DNA of 64,000 bases from Octopus vulgaris. Its lineage: Eukaryota. Each line of letters opens with the position of its first letter. The stretch's first letter is position 1. The position numbers and the translations under genes were made by a program. Below are positions 44,416-58,760 of the stretch, one piece after another. The notes under the pieces are model-generated. The model did no database searches. It had not been told where the DNA came from and saw nothing but the letters and a program-made list of their open reading frames with translations. The stretch is from contig OX597825.1 of the NCBI GenBank assembly GCA_951406725.2, positions 17,174,001-17,238,000 on the forward strand. Direction: 5' to 3'.

Positions 44416-45142
44416 ATGTCTGTCTCTCTGTTTGTCTGTCTATCTATCTATCTGTCTGTCTATCTATTTAGCTGTATGTCTGTGTTGCATATATTTATTA
44501 CTTATTTACTCACTGGTCATTTCATATAATTAATTTTAATGAAAGCATATATCATTGAGCATTATGCAAATTTTGATTCAATTTTGATTCACGTAATTTT
44601 CTCTTTAAATTATTACGCCTATTCGTGTATCGTGTACAATGCAGTCTGCTGAAAATTATAAAAAAAAAAAATATGAGTACTACTCAATTTGCATTTTAGA
44701 CATTATGACACAGTAATTATAGTCTGGAAATAGTACAACGGAATAATTTATATTCATACAATTCACGGCGGAATTGGGAACACTCTAGAAAGTTGCTGAA
44801 GATATGCTGTAGTAAATTCCTTTTTCTCTCTCTTCAAAATATATGTCGTATAGAAACATCGACTTCTGTATCTGCAGACATATTTAGTAGACGTAAGCTT
44901 GACTATAAATACACGAGTGTAACCAATAATCTTAAATAGAACTAATTCTTTAAGTTCTTAAATTCGCAATACATCACATAAAAATTCCATGAAAATAAAT
45001 ATGTATAACAGGAAAAATACTAATGATTTGAATATTTGGCATGACAGGAATATTAAGGAAACTTACGTGAAATGTACAAGGCTAATAATAACAACATTTT
45101 TATCAGGAATTTGAAACGGTAATCAACATGGCTCATGGACAT

Positions 45143-45202
<60 letters not shown>

Positions 45203-45400
45203 TTATAACTAATAAATTCAGGAGATATTTCTCTCTTATAAATTTAGACATCGGCTAGTGTACTGCTCTAATAATGAAAATATTACAAAGGGAACGGCAA
45301 GTAAAGAATTTTGTACATATTTCTGAAGTTTTTTCTGCACTTATATCTAGGCGATTATGTATGTGTATACATAGATACATATATACATACATACATATAC

Positions 45401-45480
<80 letters not shown>

Positions 45481-45524
45481 TGTGTACAAATACATATATA
45501 CATGTGTGTATATAAATATATATA

Positions 45525-45717
45525 CCCTTTACTCTTTTATTCTTTTACTTGTTTCAGTCATTTGACTGTGGCCATGCTGGAGCAACGCCTTTAATCGAGC
45601 AAATCGACCCCAGGACTTATTCTTTGTAGACTAGTACTTATTCTATCGGTATGCTTACGGGGGCGTAAACACACCAGCATCGGTTGTCAAGCGATGTGGG
45701 GGGGGCAAACTGACACG

Positions 45718-45789
<72 letters not shown>

Positions 45790-45902
45790 TACAATGGGCT
45801 TCTTTCAGTTTCCGTCTATCAAATCTGCTGACAAGACTTTGGTCGGCCCGGAACGTTGTGGTTGGTAAGCAAATTACTTACAACACAGCCACTCCTACGC
45901 CT
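45525..45902 (-). mobile_element. SINE family A with internal deletions
   Basis: Match to family A. Confidence 0.9.
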
Positions 45903-46782
45903 ATGTATATGTATATATATAATATATATATATAAACATACGTATGTGTGTATGTATGTATTTTCCAAGACTTTAGTGTATGAAGACTGATTTTTGTTTG
46001 TTCATGGTAGGCGATACGGTACGGTTTGTGGGGAATATGACCACTGCCATTATGATCAACATAGCTGGAATGCATTTTGTCCTAATTCCACCGGATAACG
46101 TTTGACTTTTGATGTAAACAAGAAAAACAACACAAAATAAGGGGCTTTGAAACATAATATCCCGGTAAAACACTGTGAAGAGGGAAAAGATATGAAAGAT
46201 AGCTTTCATTAAAAAAGCTGTGGAACAGCATGATCTTAAAATGATTAAAATGTAAAGAAAAGAATAAAAATTAGATCATTACAGAATTTATTATGAAGAA
46301 AAACATTTTAACCTGTCGGTCACATATAAGATTGAAGAAATGAAGCTTAGGATTCGAAATCAGTAGAGAAGCAGTAGAAAATCTTGCTGAACAGAAGGCA
46401 ACACACAGGGCGGAAAGAAGAGATTGACAATTTTTATGCTATACACCAGCCGTAGGTAACAAAACTTCCTTAAAAATTGGCCTCGTTTTCTGATTGGTAC
46501 CCAGCCAAATAATTTTATTAAAAAAAAAAGGATTAGGCGTTTGTTCTGAAATAATTATACGTATCCTTTTAGCTCACGATGACAATAATCATATAATTTT
46601 ATAAAGAGTCGTTCCATTGCTTTACTGAAATTCAATCAATGTTTCACGCTTTTCTTTAAAGAATTCTGTAACCATCTTTCAAAAGAAGACACAAGACATC
46701 ATATGAGCATTTCAGTTATATGGTAAATATTAATTCCCGAGGCTTTAAAAAATATTTGTGAATTAAACGCATGTATTATGGA

Positions 46783-46814
<32 letters not shown>

Positions 46815-47259
46815 ATATATATATATATATATATATACATATATATATAAATATATACACATTCAAAGAAACAGTGGATATTGATGGTTAGTTATTCCTC
46901 AAAGCAAGTGTTTTCAATAAAAGAAAATTATGCCACCATTCAGGCAACTTCATATCTGTAAACACGTTTCACACATGCGCATGCGTAGCGACTCATACAC
47001 AGCCAACACATTTAATTATTGCTGCTTGCGTTTATGCATATATATACCTCAATGTGAGTAAATAAACACACACACACGCACAAAGGCATGCATATTTTTC
47101 ATATGAACGTGTGGATGTGGGTGTGGATATGTATGTGTGTGTGTGCGTGTGTGCCATGTGTGCGTTCTGTATATAGGTATATGGATGGGAATTTAATGAT
47201 AAAGAAGAGAGAGGAAAAAGGAGCAGATGGATCGATATATATATATAGGTACATAAGAG

Positions 47260-47314
47260 TATATATATATGTGTGTGTATAAATATATACACAAGCACAT
47301 ACACACAGACGCAC

Positions 47315-47345
<31 letters not shown>

Positions 47346-47539
47346 CACATATATATATATGCATATATTTATACATATATATGCATATATACATATATAT
47401 ATATATATATGCATATATATACATATATATATATATTCATATACATACCTACATATATACATATGTATATGTATATACATATATATATGTATATATATAT
47501 GCATATATGTATTCATGTATGTATGTATGTGTGTGTGTG

Positions 47540-47624
<85 letters not shown>

Positions 47625-47775
47625 ATACATATATACATATATATGCATATATATACATATATATATATATATCCATATACATACATATATACATATATAT
47701 ATATGTATATATATATGCATGTATGTATGTATGTATGTATGTATGTGTTTGTGCGCGTGTGTGTATATATATACA
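47260..47775. repeat. Compound TA/CA/TG microsatellite, quasi-palindromic
   Basis: Directly visible. Confidence 0.9.
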
Positions 47776-48239
47776 TGGTGAAAGTATGCAAACGTAGACT
47801 CGTGCATAACACACGGGGATGTACAATGTCAAATGGCACAAGAAAGTTTACAGGATCTGTGAAAACTCTTTTCGAAATATGCATTATTTTATGCCAGAGG
47901 GAATACATACGCTGCGTAAAGTCTTTTTTTTCTAATGTTTTTATTATTTATATCGAAGGTAAGAAAATCAGTTTTATACATGAATATATATATATTATGT
48001 TTTTAATTTTTTTTTTTTTATGCTTCGGTTCTCACTAAGGATAAAACATCTTGTTTCAGGCTAAAATATGCGGCAGAAAATTATATTCGGTTTTTCCTAC
48101 AAGTTTTAACCAGTATTTCACATTTTCTAACGTTGGATTGATAGACTTCCATAGTAGAAATCTCTTCAAACTTTTCATGAATGCAATCATTTTTCTAAAT
48201 ACACTTTCGATATAATACATAGGATGCCGAAATATATAT

Positions 48240-48451
48240 TACTCTTTTACTCTCTTACTTGTTTCAGTCATTTGACTGCGGCCATACTGGAGCACCGCCT
48301 TTAGTCGAGCAAATCGACCCCAGGACTTATTCTTTGTAAGCCCAGTACTTATTCTATCGGTCTCTTGTGCCGAACCGCTATGTGACGGGGGCGTAAACAT
48401 CGGTTGTCAAGCAATGATAGGGGGACAACCACAGACGCACAAACACACACG

Positions 48452-48489
<38 letters not shown>

Positions 48490-48660
48490 CATATATACGA
48501 CAGGCTTCTTTTCAGTATCCGTCTACCAAATCCACTCACAAGGCATTGGTCGACCCGGGGATATAGCAGGAGACACTTGCCCAAGATTCCACGCAGTAGG
48601 ACTGAACCCGGTACCATGTGGTTGGTTAGCAAGCTACTTACCACACAGCCACTCCTGCGC
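48240..48660 (-). mobile_element. SINE family A, full length
   Basis: Match to family A. Confidence 0.9.
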
Positions 48661-49009
48661 AAAACAACTATAGCAAAACTGTCTTACAGAACATTAGATT
48701 TTGGGCCAAAGTTTTCCATTGTCTAACGTCAAGCTCTAAGCCGTGACGAATTAAAATATCATCCACGCAATAAGATTTAATTTGTATAATTACATTCTTC
48801 TACATGTGCTCAACTACATTACAAATATTTACGTTTTGATGAATCTGACAAAGCTATAGTAAGGAGTTAACACCCTCTCTTTCAAACATTTCCTGCTGGT
48901 CTGCCATAAAAGTATAAATTCATAAAAAAGTAGACAGAATAATATTTCATGAATTCAAATGTTTTGATGGCAATTGCTGACTGCATCGTTTAGTGATGCG
49001 AAATAATAT

Positions 49010-49207
49010 TCTTTTATTCTTTTATTCTTTTATGTGTTTCAGCCATTTGACTGCGGTCATGCTGGAGCACCGAATTTAGTCGAACAAATCAACTCCAGTA
49101 CATATTACATCAGTTTCTATTACCGAACCGCTAAGTGACGGGGACGTAAACACACCAGCATAGATTGTCAAGCTATGTTGGGGGGACAAACACAGAAACA
49201 CAAACAT

Positions 49208-49277
<70 letters not shown>

Positions 49278-49439
49278 GACGGGCTTCTTTCAGTTTCCGT
49301 CTACGAAATCCACTCACAAGGCTATGGTCGGTCCGAGGTTATAGCAGAAGGCACATGCCCAAGGCGCCACGCAGTGGGACTGAAACTGGGACCATGTTGT
49401 TCATAAGCAAGCTACTTACCACAGAGCCACACCTGCGCC
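49010..49439 (-). mobile_element. SINE family A
   Basis: Match to family A. Confidence 0.9.
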
Positions 49440-49947
49440 TTGTAAATAATCTTCGTAAAACAAAAATCCACAAAATTTTCCCGAGTAAGCATAATCCGAG
49501 TCCTTATGTGATCATCAAGTGGCAACCAGAACATGACTAGAAACCCCCAGACACGAAATAGCCCGGAGACAGCAGTTACTTGAAGGACGTCACCCATTTG
49601 AATGAAAAGAATGGTTTTCTGTGACTGCAGTGGCTACAAAAGATATCTCGAATATAGCCTGTACCAAATTATTCAACTGAATCCACTCGCAAAAAACGTC
49701 ATTGCTTTCCGATAAAATAAACAGTTTGTGTAAATCGGGAATATACAATACTCTCACTAACAAACCGGTCAGGCAACGGCTAGAAGAGCGGATAGAAATC
49801 ATCTGATTACTGGCAGGCATCAAACATGCCAAGACCTTTACTCATAACAGATCGACAAACACAAAAAAAACACACGAAAGCGCGCGTACACACACAAACA
49901 TGCGTGTATGTCTGTGTGTCTTTGTCAATATTATCCCTAAACCAACC

Positions 49948-50364
49948 TGTTTCTTTACTACCTACAAGGGGCTAAACACAGAGAGGACAAACAAGGACAG
50001 ACAAACGGATTAAGTCGATAATATCGACCCCAGTGCGTAACTGGTACTTATTTAATCGACCCCGAAAGGATGAAAGGCAAAGTCGACCTCGACGGAATTT
50101 GAACTCAGAACGTAGCGACAGGCTAAATACCTATTTCTTTATTACCCACAAAGGGCTAAACACAGAGGGGACAAACAAGGACAGACATAGGTATTAAGTC
50201 GATTACATAGACTCCAGTTCGTAACTGATACTTAAGTTATCGACCCCGATAGGATGAAAGGCAAAGTCGACCTCGGCGGAATTTGAACTCAGAACGTAAC
50301 AACAGACGAAATACAGCGAAGCATTTCGCCCGGCGTGCTAACGATTCTGCCACCTCGTCGCCTT
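49948..50364 (-). mobile_element. SINE family B dimer with a single TSD pair
   Basis: TSD ATT(A/G)TCCCTAAACCAACC at ~49930-49947 and 50367-50384. Confidence 0.9.
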
Positions 50365-51205
50365 CTATTGTCCCTAAACCAACCGCTTGGTAACTAGTGT
50401 TTGGATGTGTACGTCGTCGCAGGTAGCGTATCGGTGACGTATATGATAAAAATAAAAACACGAAATAAATACTGGAATCGAATTGTTCGACTAAAGATCC
50501 TTGAAGACAGCACGTCATCAGGGCTGCAGTGAAATGATCGAAGCAAACAAAAGATAACGCAGATGATAAAAGCGACAACAAATGATCAACATCTGTCGCG
50601 AGGAGAACCGTTTGAGCGTCAGAGGGATTCCTACCGAGTTCAACTTTGATCTTTCGGTTCTGGAAGATGATAAAAGAATACCAGTCCAGAGCGTCATATT
50701 CGCGATTGTGTTAGAGCGTCGGACGTCATGCAGCGATATATCTTGTCCGATTTATTTGGATGATTCTTGAGACGACACAGATTTTTAGATGCATCGGCCT
50801 ACGCTTCCAATTAGACATTATTTGGTGGTATGGAAAGGAACGCAGCAGGTAGAATTTTTTCAACGCCGGAAAAAAATAATTGCTTAACGGCATTTCTTCC
50901 CGTCTTGAGTGTATTCAAAATCAACAACTCCAGTCGATTTTGCTTTTCACCCATTCCACGTCCATACAATAAGAACCATCTTGAGCAACGGCGTCGATCT
51001 AACCGTCTACCTGATCCCACAAAATATCAAATATTTTAAAACGTTAAAAGAACATGAATATTGATGTAGAGAATGGAAACTTGGATGTTTAAGATGTGCG
51101 TGACTTGACCAAATCTCTACATCTGCGGTTCATTCTAGGAGAAAAGATTCCAGTTCAGTCACAGATAAAGGGGACATCGTAATTACTTAAAATTTACCAT
51201 CAATG

Positions 51206-51292
<87 letters not shown>

Positions 51293-51293
51293 T

Positions 51294-51331
<38 letters not shown>
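51206..51331. repeat. (CTAT)n(CT)n(TA)n tract, left flank of the PLE
   Basis: Directly visible. Confidence 0.95.
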
Positions 51332-51332
51332 G

Positions 51333-53383
51333 GTCTGTGACAGTAACAACTTTAGCTATAATAGAAATAAATTTATACAATTCGATATACAGAATTATTA
51401 CACTTCAATTAACCCTATTATATTAAATAAGTCCTTAATTTTTGCTAGAAAACACACTAAATTAAGTATGGGGGAGATTAAGGTTATACTAACAGCCAGG
51501 AAAACTTTAATAGAGTTTGATAATAAACTTTGGGCTAGAAAGGACACACCCAACTTGTTCGATATCACAATGGGATCGCCGGACTCAGCGGAGGTGACTG
51601 ATCTAGTTGGGATGTATCTATTAGATAACTTTAGTAGGGAATTCCCTGAATTAAAAGGTGGATTATACAGGGATGACGCCTTATTTTGTGTTAGGAATAC
51701 ATCTAATAGGAGATTAGATCTTCTGAAAAAAAGAATAAATAAATTTTTTAAAAGCTTCGGCCTATCCATTATCATTGAAAGTGAAAATTATTCTGCTAAT
51801 TATTTAGATGTTAATTGTAACATTACTAATGGTTTACATGAACCCTATATTAAACCTAATTCTAACCTAATATACATTAACCATTCTAGTAATCACCCCC
51901 CCAAATTAAAAATGCACTAGTGCGTAGCATTAGTCAGAGAATTTCTAGTTTATCCTCAAACGGAGAAATTTTTAACAAACACTGTGATAGATACAATGCA
52001 GCATTACTTAAGGCAGGATATAAAAGTAAGATTTGGTTTATACCTAAGGGGAACCCCCCTAATGGAGGTAGAACTATCAGGAACAACACAAATAGATTTA
52101 GGATAATCAACAATATACATAAGAATAGTAAAAATAGAATATATGATAACACCTATAATAAATGTAGAAGTGACGTTAACCTTGGAAAGGTGAACGGTAG
52201 CTCAAATAGATCTAAGCATACGGGTAATAGTAGTAATATTAATAATAATATACGAATTAAAACTTATGGTAGACATGATAATGGTAAAGTTTACTTGCGC
52301 AATAACCATGGTAATATTGATATAGATAGATATAATAATAACAGTGGTAAGAATAGTAATCCTATGAGTTGGTCTACGAATAGGATTTTCACAAATAACA
52401 TTAATTCTATAGGCATTCCTAATTCTGATAAGGATACTCTTTGGTTGATTATCCCGTATGCAATGCAGATTAAAACAAACATAGTGAGAGCTTTGCATAA
52501 TGTTATTTTTAGGCATTTTGGTAAGGATAGGAATAAATTTAGTCCTTTAATTAACAACGGTACTGTTAGAGTGGGATATAGCATTACTCATAATCTAGCC
52601 ACCATTATCTCCTCTTTTAATAACAAGAAACTGGATCACTTCTATAAGGATAGAAAATTGAATTTAGACCAGGATAACTTGCCCCTCTTCATTAATAATA
52701 GGAATAGAAATTTTCTTGGAACAAATGGGAACAACCTCCTTACTAATAATGAGTGCACCATACCTGTCAGAGATAATATAAATGTAATAGATCACACTAC
52801 TACTACCAATACTAGTACTAGTGATGGAAATATAGCCGATAATGTGAAATTAACTCATTCGTTGATTTTGGGTTTGGATGATGATAACAATTGTAACACT
52901 TATAATGTGAATAGTAGTATAGGGGTGGTGTCCAATCTTAGATTTCCTCATTCTGTTAATCTTTGTAATTGCAGAAATAAAAATAAATGTGTATTTGGTA
53001 ATCAATGCCTCAGGAAGGAGGTAGTTTACCAATGCACTGTAGATACACAATTGAGTAGTAGGGTGTATATCGGTGCAACTATGAATAGCATAAAACAAAG
53101 ATGGAATTATCACAGATATACTTTTAGGAATAAAAATAGAATGTACTCTACAGGGCTAAGTGCATACATTTGGGAACTTAAAAGTAAGAACTTAGATTTT
53201 AGATTAAACTGGAAAATACTAACTTCAGCACCTGTGTATAATGGAAAAAATAGAAAATGCTCTCTATGTATTAATGAAATTTTCTTCATTATTAAAGCGG
53301 GTCGGCAAATTATTAACAACATTAATGAGAAAAACTTCTTTTGTATTCATAGGCTACCGTTCACCTTTTCTAGATTCAAATAG
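51333..53383 (+). CDS. PLE polyprotein (RT - Zn finger - GIY-YIG endonuclease), 5'-truncated, one -1 frameshift at C7 51896-51902
   Basis: Frame open from 51333: FIQFDIQNYYTSI, FDITMGSPDSAEVTDLVGMYLL, GLYRDD, YINHSSNHPP; then CNCRx4Cx5C, VVYQ..VYIG..KQRWNYH, STGLSAYIW, CSLCINE..CIH; signature fits the Naiad clade as I recall it. Confidence 0.9.
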
Positions 53384-55136
53384 AACTTAGCACTTCCACT
53401 ATTATTAATTTTTTAATTCCCTTCTTTAACTAAATATACCTGTGGTCCTCTATAATTCTAAAGTATACAATTTATAAATTTCATAATTTTATAATTTTTA
53501 TAGCTACATTTGTATAATAATTAATGGATGTGTCTAGTATTATTGGTTTCTTGATTTTTGTATGTGGGTTTTTTGTTTTTTTTTTTTTTTAAGAGAAATG
53601 CAATATGACATAAAATAGCATATTCATTTTGGTATTTGCCTTGTAATGTGTGATTTTTGAAGTTTTCCAATATTGCATAGTATATTGCATAGTATATATG
53701 TATATCTTGGTTAGATACCTAGCTCTAGATAATGTAATGATATTGTATAATATGTAATATATGAGAGCCTTTTGTGAGTTTGGTGGGTTTAGGTTGAGAT
53801 TATAGGTTTTTTGTATGTGTTTATTTGGAAGGTTTTTATTATATATTTGGTCTTTTTGTACTCACCTTAATTTGTATCTTATGCTATTCACTGATAAACC
53901 TTTTTCATTTTTCTTTTTTTCATTTTCTCATTTACATGCATTTTGCTTTATAATTATTACCAGCCTCATATATTTAGTTTATATCTATAGTCCTCTGGAT
54001 CTGTACTTTAAACTATCCTTCCATACATATTTACTTTCAACAATATAAAATATATATAAAATATATATATTCACTTTATTTATTTTTATTTATTTCCCAT
54101 TTTATTGTAATATTATCAATCTTTGCATCTAGTCTTCTATTCATTTATTTATTTGCCTATTTAAGTGTGGATGTTTACATACATATCAAGTCATCTAATT
54201 TGTTACCTATTTATTTTTTACTTATTTACTTATACTGGTGTAGTTTTATACATACATATCTATCATTTATTTGTATTTAATTTTAATAATATATGAATAC
54301 ATATATACTAGTTTGTACTTATAATTATGTGTATAACCGTATTTATTCCTTCGTATTTATTCCTTTTTATTTATTTTATCTCTTTTCATCTTAAGTCTTT
54401 ATAATATAAAATTTATTTAAAATTTCTGTGATGTTCTCATAAGCGTTTACATTAATACTTCCCCTTCTATTCTTTAATGCCTAAACTGGTATATTATGGC
54501 ACTATATTTATTAAGTTAATAAGTGACTTATTTATAATATTTAAATTAATATATATTTTATATTTTATATTTTATAATTTAGCGTACTTAAAATCATAAC
54601 AAACTTACGATAAACCTAACAACCGTATGTTTTACTCTGTAACAAACCGGTGTTATAAATTTTAAGTTACCCATGAAATAATTATCTGAATTAGTAACAT
54701 ACTGATATTTAAAAATATATTTATATCTAAATTAAATATTTTATAGAATGCATGGATGGTTCTTTTTTTGTTATTAAGGCTCAGTTATAATTTTGAAGGA
54801 CTAAATGTTAGCATAGTTGCTTCCCTTTTTTGTTTATCTAAGTGCTAGTTGTTGCTTGTAATTTTGTATGTGTATAAGTGTATGTATATACATATAACTA
54901 TGTGTGTATGTGCGATTGATCTGTAGATGCGTGTGTGAATATTGGCGTTCCTTGACTAACCAACCGTATAATTTTCTTTTGTGATTTAAATTTCAAACCA
55001 ATAGCCAATCGAATTAATCTAAATTTTCTTTACCTAGTGGTCAGCATTTCTTAACTCATAGTTATTTCGATCTTGAAAGGATGGACTTGGTGCTAACTTA
55101 ACTGTATCTATTTTTAGTATTTTTTTATTATTATTA

Positions 55137-55189
<53 letters not shown>

Positions 55190-55530
55190 AGTAATTTTTA
55201 TTAACTTTTATAGCTTTAGAATTTTATGAACTGTACCACGGATTTAATTATTATTTTTCATCTCCATATGTGTTAGCCCTTTTTTTTTATAAAAAAAACT
55301 ATTAGCCAAATATGTATAATATCGGTACTTATTAATATTAATATATACACTGTTATATATTTTGTTTTATATTGTTCTGTTTACCTTCCTTTTTGTACAA
55401 ATGTGTATTATATTATATAAGTGTAGCATTATGATATATAAGTTTTTATATTTTACATTTTTATATTTTTATATTTATATGTATATGATTATATAATATT
55501 TTTCACTATTATAACAAATTTAATTTAATT

Positions 55531-55638
55531 CTCTGAAGAGGCCGTGGGGCATCCTTGTTAATGCCTCATTTATACCTGCCTTTATGGCTTATAGGTTAAA
55601 TGAGGTATGACTGTCCTCACTGCCGAAACAGCTGTCAG
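55531..55638 (+). ncRNA. Type I hammerhead ribozyme with ~85-nt stem II
   Basis: CU-CUGAAGA(55533-39)-GGCcGUGGGG...CCUCACuGCC-GAAAC-agcu-GUC-AG; palindromic ACAGCUGU stem III. Confidence 0.85.
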
Positions 55639-55919
55639 TTTTGATTTATTTGCATATTATATTTGAAAAATTTTTTACTTATATCTCTTTATCTTTTTAC
55701 TTTTACTATTACTGTATATCTCATTTCATTTTATATATTGCCTTTACTCATATGTAATGGTGTATTAAAGTATGGATTGAGTATCATCGGATAGTTGATG
55801 TTTTACTGATTTAAGTATGTTTCTCCATTCTCTAATTTTGTAATATATATATATATATATATAAATAATATATATATATATATCTGTATATATATATAAA
55901 TAAATAATCCCTCTCGCTT

Positions 55920-55951
<32 letters not shown>

Positions 55952-56000
55952 ATATATATATCTCTCTCTCTGTATATATATATATATATATAAATAATCC

Positions 56001-56035
<35 letters not shown>

Positions 56036-57274
56036 ATATCTCTATCTATCTATCTATCTATCTATCAATCTGTGTCTGTGGAAAAGTGTGTGTGAATGTG
56101 TGCATTAAATACGTGTTCACGTATGTGGAGGTATATATGTGCAGTTTCTTACGCATGCCAATGATTGTCAATTCTTTTGCCGAAAGTCGGAATTTTAAAT
56201 GATCAATGTTAACATATCAGATATAATATCTTGAGTTGTAATTTGCTTGTAATTTTACCGGCAAGTATATATTTGTTAAGTATCATATGTTAAGTAACAT
56301 CAAATTATAATTACCATCTATTGAATAATTTCAAACACGAATTTGGTGATTTGAAAATAAAAAAAGAGAAATTTAAAATATTCATATTTGAAATGGCATC
56401 GAAATATATGTATAGAAATTTTTATTTATATTGTGATAAATTTAGATGGTACAAAGCGTCTTCGTCAAACTTTGTCGTTTTTTATGTTGAATGAAGGAAA
56501 GTGATCCTGAGTATCACGCGTTATAAATGACAAAGTAAAAAAAAAAAAAAAATTCCCCCGAGTTATTTATAAAGTAAATCATCTGGAATTCCTTCGAAAA
56601 GGAGGGTGCAGTATAATAGAAATGGTAACTTTGACACAAATTTGCTTTTCTTCAAATTTCTTCCAAAAACCCACTCATTAAACAGTCTTGATATAGAAGC
56701 TAAATATCGCTATAATTATGCCATAGTTTTATTTTTTTGTATAGGTAATACTGTATAACGCAGTCCTAGATATATACTAATTGCCAAGCCCGTGGGGCTG
56801 CAATGCCTTTGAACATGTACCAGATTCATTAGTTCTGACATATGGGAATCAACACCAAACAACAAAGCAAAGGCAACAAGACAAATGATGTACAAAAATA
56901 GCAGCTAGAGGTATATTAAAACCAACGTTGCATTGAAACTGCTATTAAACTTTACGTATTTATGTATATTTGCATATTTTTCAACTCACACATATTTAAG
57001 GATGAAAATGAAATTATTGAGAGGAGTAAATTAAAACATATGAAATACTATAATTTATTAACCATTACAAATATATGTAAAGAATAATGTCACACTTGTA
57101 ATTTCATCCCTAGGACACGTTTTCTGTCAGTGTACATTTGTGATGAAGCATGCTGCAAAGAGACACAATTTTATTAGACGAATATAATTCAAACACGCAC
57201 ATAAGCACACACAATGGGAGATAATCTATCCAAATATATGTATGTATGTATATGCATTTATGTATGTGTGTATG

Positions 57275-57334
<60 letters not shown>

Positions 57335-57368
57335 TTTATGTATATGCATAAATATATACTTATATGTA

Positions 57369-57610
57369 TATCCGTTTGCATTGGTATCGTGTGCCGTGTT
57401 AAATAATGATTTTTTATGCAAGACTTTATTCAAAAACAATAACAACAACTTTTCTTCAAAATATAGACCATCATTTTCCACGATCTTCTGCCAATGAACT
57501 GCAAGCTTCGGATTTGGCCAAAAAAAAAAAAACCAATCCTTCGGCTTTGAATCGAAAATTCTTGACAGCCTTCTTCAACTTCATCGAATGACTCAAACAG
57601 TTAAACAATT
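57369..57610 (-). pseudogene. Mariner transposase C-terminal remnant
   Basis: Minus-strand [34 protein letters not shown] matches the mariner terminal motif. Confidence 0.75.
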
Positions 57611-57670
57611 GTAACGATTTAAACTGTATATTTATAAACAGCAATTAGTGTATATATATATAAATATATG

Positions 57671-57885
57671 TAGGCCCGTAGCCAGAAAAAATCAGGAAGG
57701 GGGAGAGGGAGAGGGGGAGGAAGGGTACCTAAAATTTCTTTTCATGAGACCCCCACAAAAATGCTCTCTGTGGGTACTCGCCTAAAAATTGCCAGAAATG
57801 GGCACTTTTTTCTACAATTGTTTCTTTTTCCATTCTGAAATAATTCGGAGGAATGTACACTCCCACCCAATTGGCTACAAGTCTG
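57671..57885. mobile_element. Possible hAT-type MITE
   Basis: Imperfect TIRs TAGGCCCGTAGCCA / TGGCTACAAGTCTG; in TA-rich site, TSD unclear. Confidence 0.45.
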
Positions 57886-58519
57886 TATATATATATATAT
57901 ATATATATTTACCTTTCTCCTTGGAGATAGGGGCCGCAGAAACTCGCTTAGCGGGCCGCTAGTTCGAGACTCCTGGTTTATATAGTCACATGTTGAGAGC
58001 TATAAATGCTCACTAGTAAATACGAAGAACCTAAACACGTCTCCTTTTCTTCAGCATCTCCATAAACACAAATGAAGAAACAGTGAAACACCCATATTCT
58101 CCTCGTATTTTTTCTGGACAATGAACTTGCTTCAATTCCAACGTCATGGTCAGTCGAGGATTTGACTGAAATGTAAATTGACACTCGTTGAAAAGTTCAA
58201 GAACCGGAAAATATATGTAACATCTATTAAAGGAAAACCAGTAATAACTGTAAATTGCCACACTCAGAGCAGTTATCGCTCAGAAAGTTTTTATTAGAAA
58301 CTGACACTCCGCGCCAGGAAGAAAACCTTTGTTGTAAAAAATCTTTCGGTAAATATACAACTCTATGCTACTATGTATACAAAAACTACCGAATAATGTA
58401 TTTAGACACTTCTATTATACATAAATAGATGTGTGTCGTAGCTGCTAATTCGTGTGCTTGCATCTCGCTACTATATTGTGACTGCTAGAATACTATTTAA
58501 AATTTCCCGTAAAATTTCA

Positions 58520-58760
58520 GCATTGCTTCCACATCAGCGCCGACCTCATCGAGATATTCCGACCCCGTCCAGAGGAGAGTGATTCGGCTGATTCACATTA
58601 AGTCAGTATCGGGTACGTTTTAGCCTCTGGTTCATAGACGTCTTCTCGCTTGCTATTTCTTTCGTTACAATAATATTCTCTCTTCCTCGGAAGTTGCTTG
58701 ACTAGTCAGGTCCCACGGCCTAGCTTTCTCTGACGTCTCGACTCACTGGCTACATTCACC
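58520..58760 (+). mobile_element. LINE ORF2 C-terminal remnant (CR1-Zenon/Jockey-like)
   Basis: DPVQRRVIRLI...F*PLVHRR...YFFRYNN..SSEVA resembles LDxxQRRAxRLI...LxxLxHRRxVA...FYRYxxG. Confidence 0.6.

Larger units (their letters stand above)
51332..55843 (+). mobile_element. 5'-truncated Naiad-type Penelope-like retroelement inserted in (TA)n
   Basis: RT + Cys finger + GIY-YIG ORF, ~2.45-kb AT-rich 3' region, HHR near 3' end, (TA)n at both ends. Confidence 0.9.

Noticed and set aside
49730-49800. KSGIY...RLEERI, GIY-YIG-like remnant
   Set aside because: Lacks the YIG half; too short to call
51891-51920. Programmed -1 ribosomal frameshift
   Set aside because: No in-frame X XXY YYZ heptamer or obvious downstream structure; a homopolymer indel is simpler
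51333-53383. Selenocysteine recoding, as reported for some Naiad PLEs
   Set aside because: No in-frame TGA; zinc-finger positions are Cys codons
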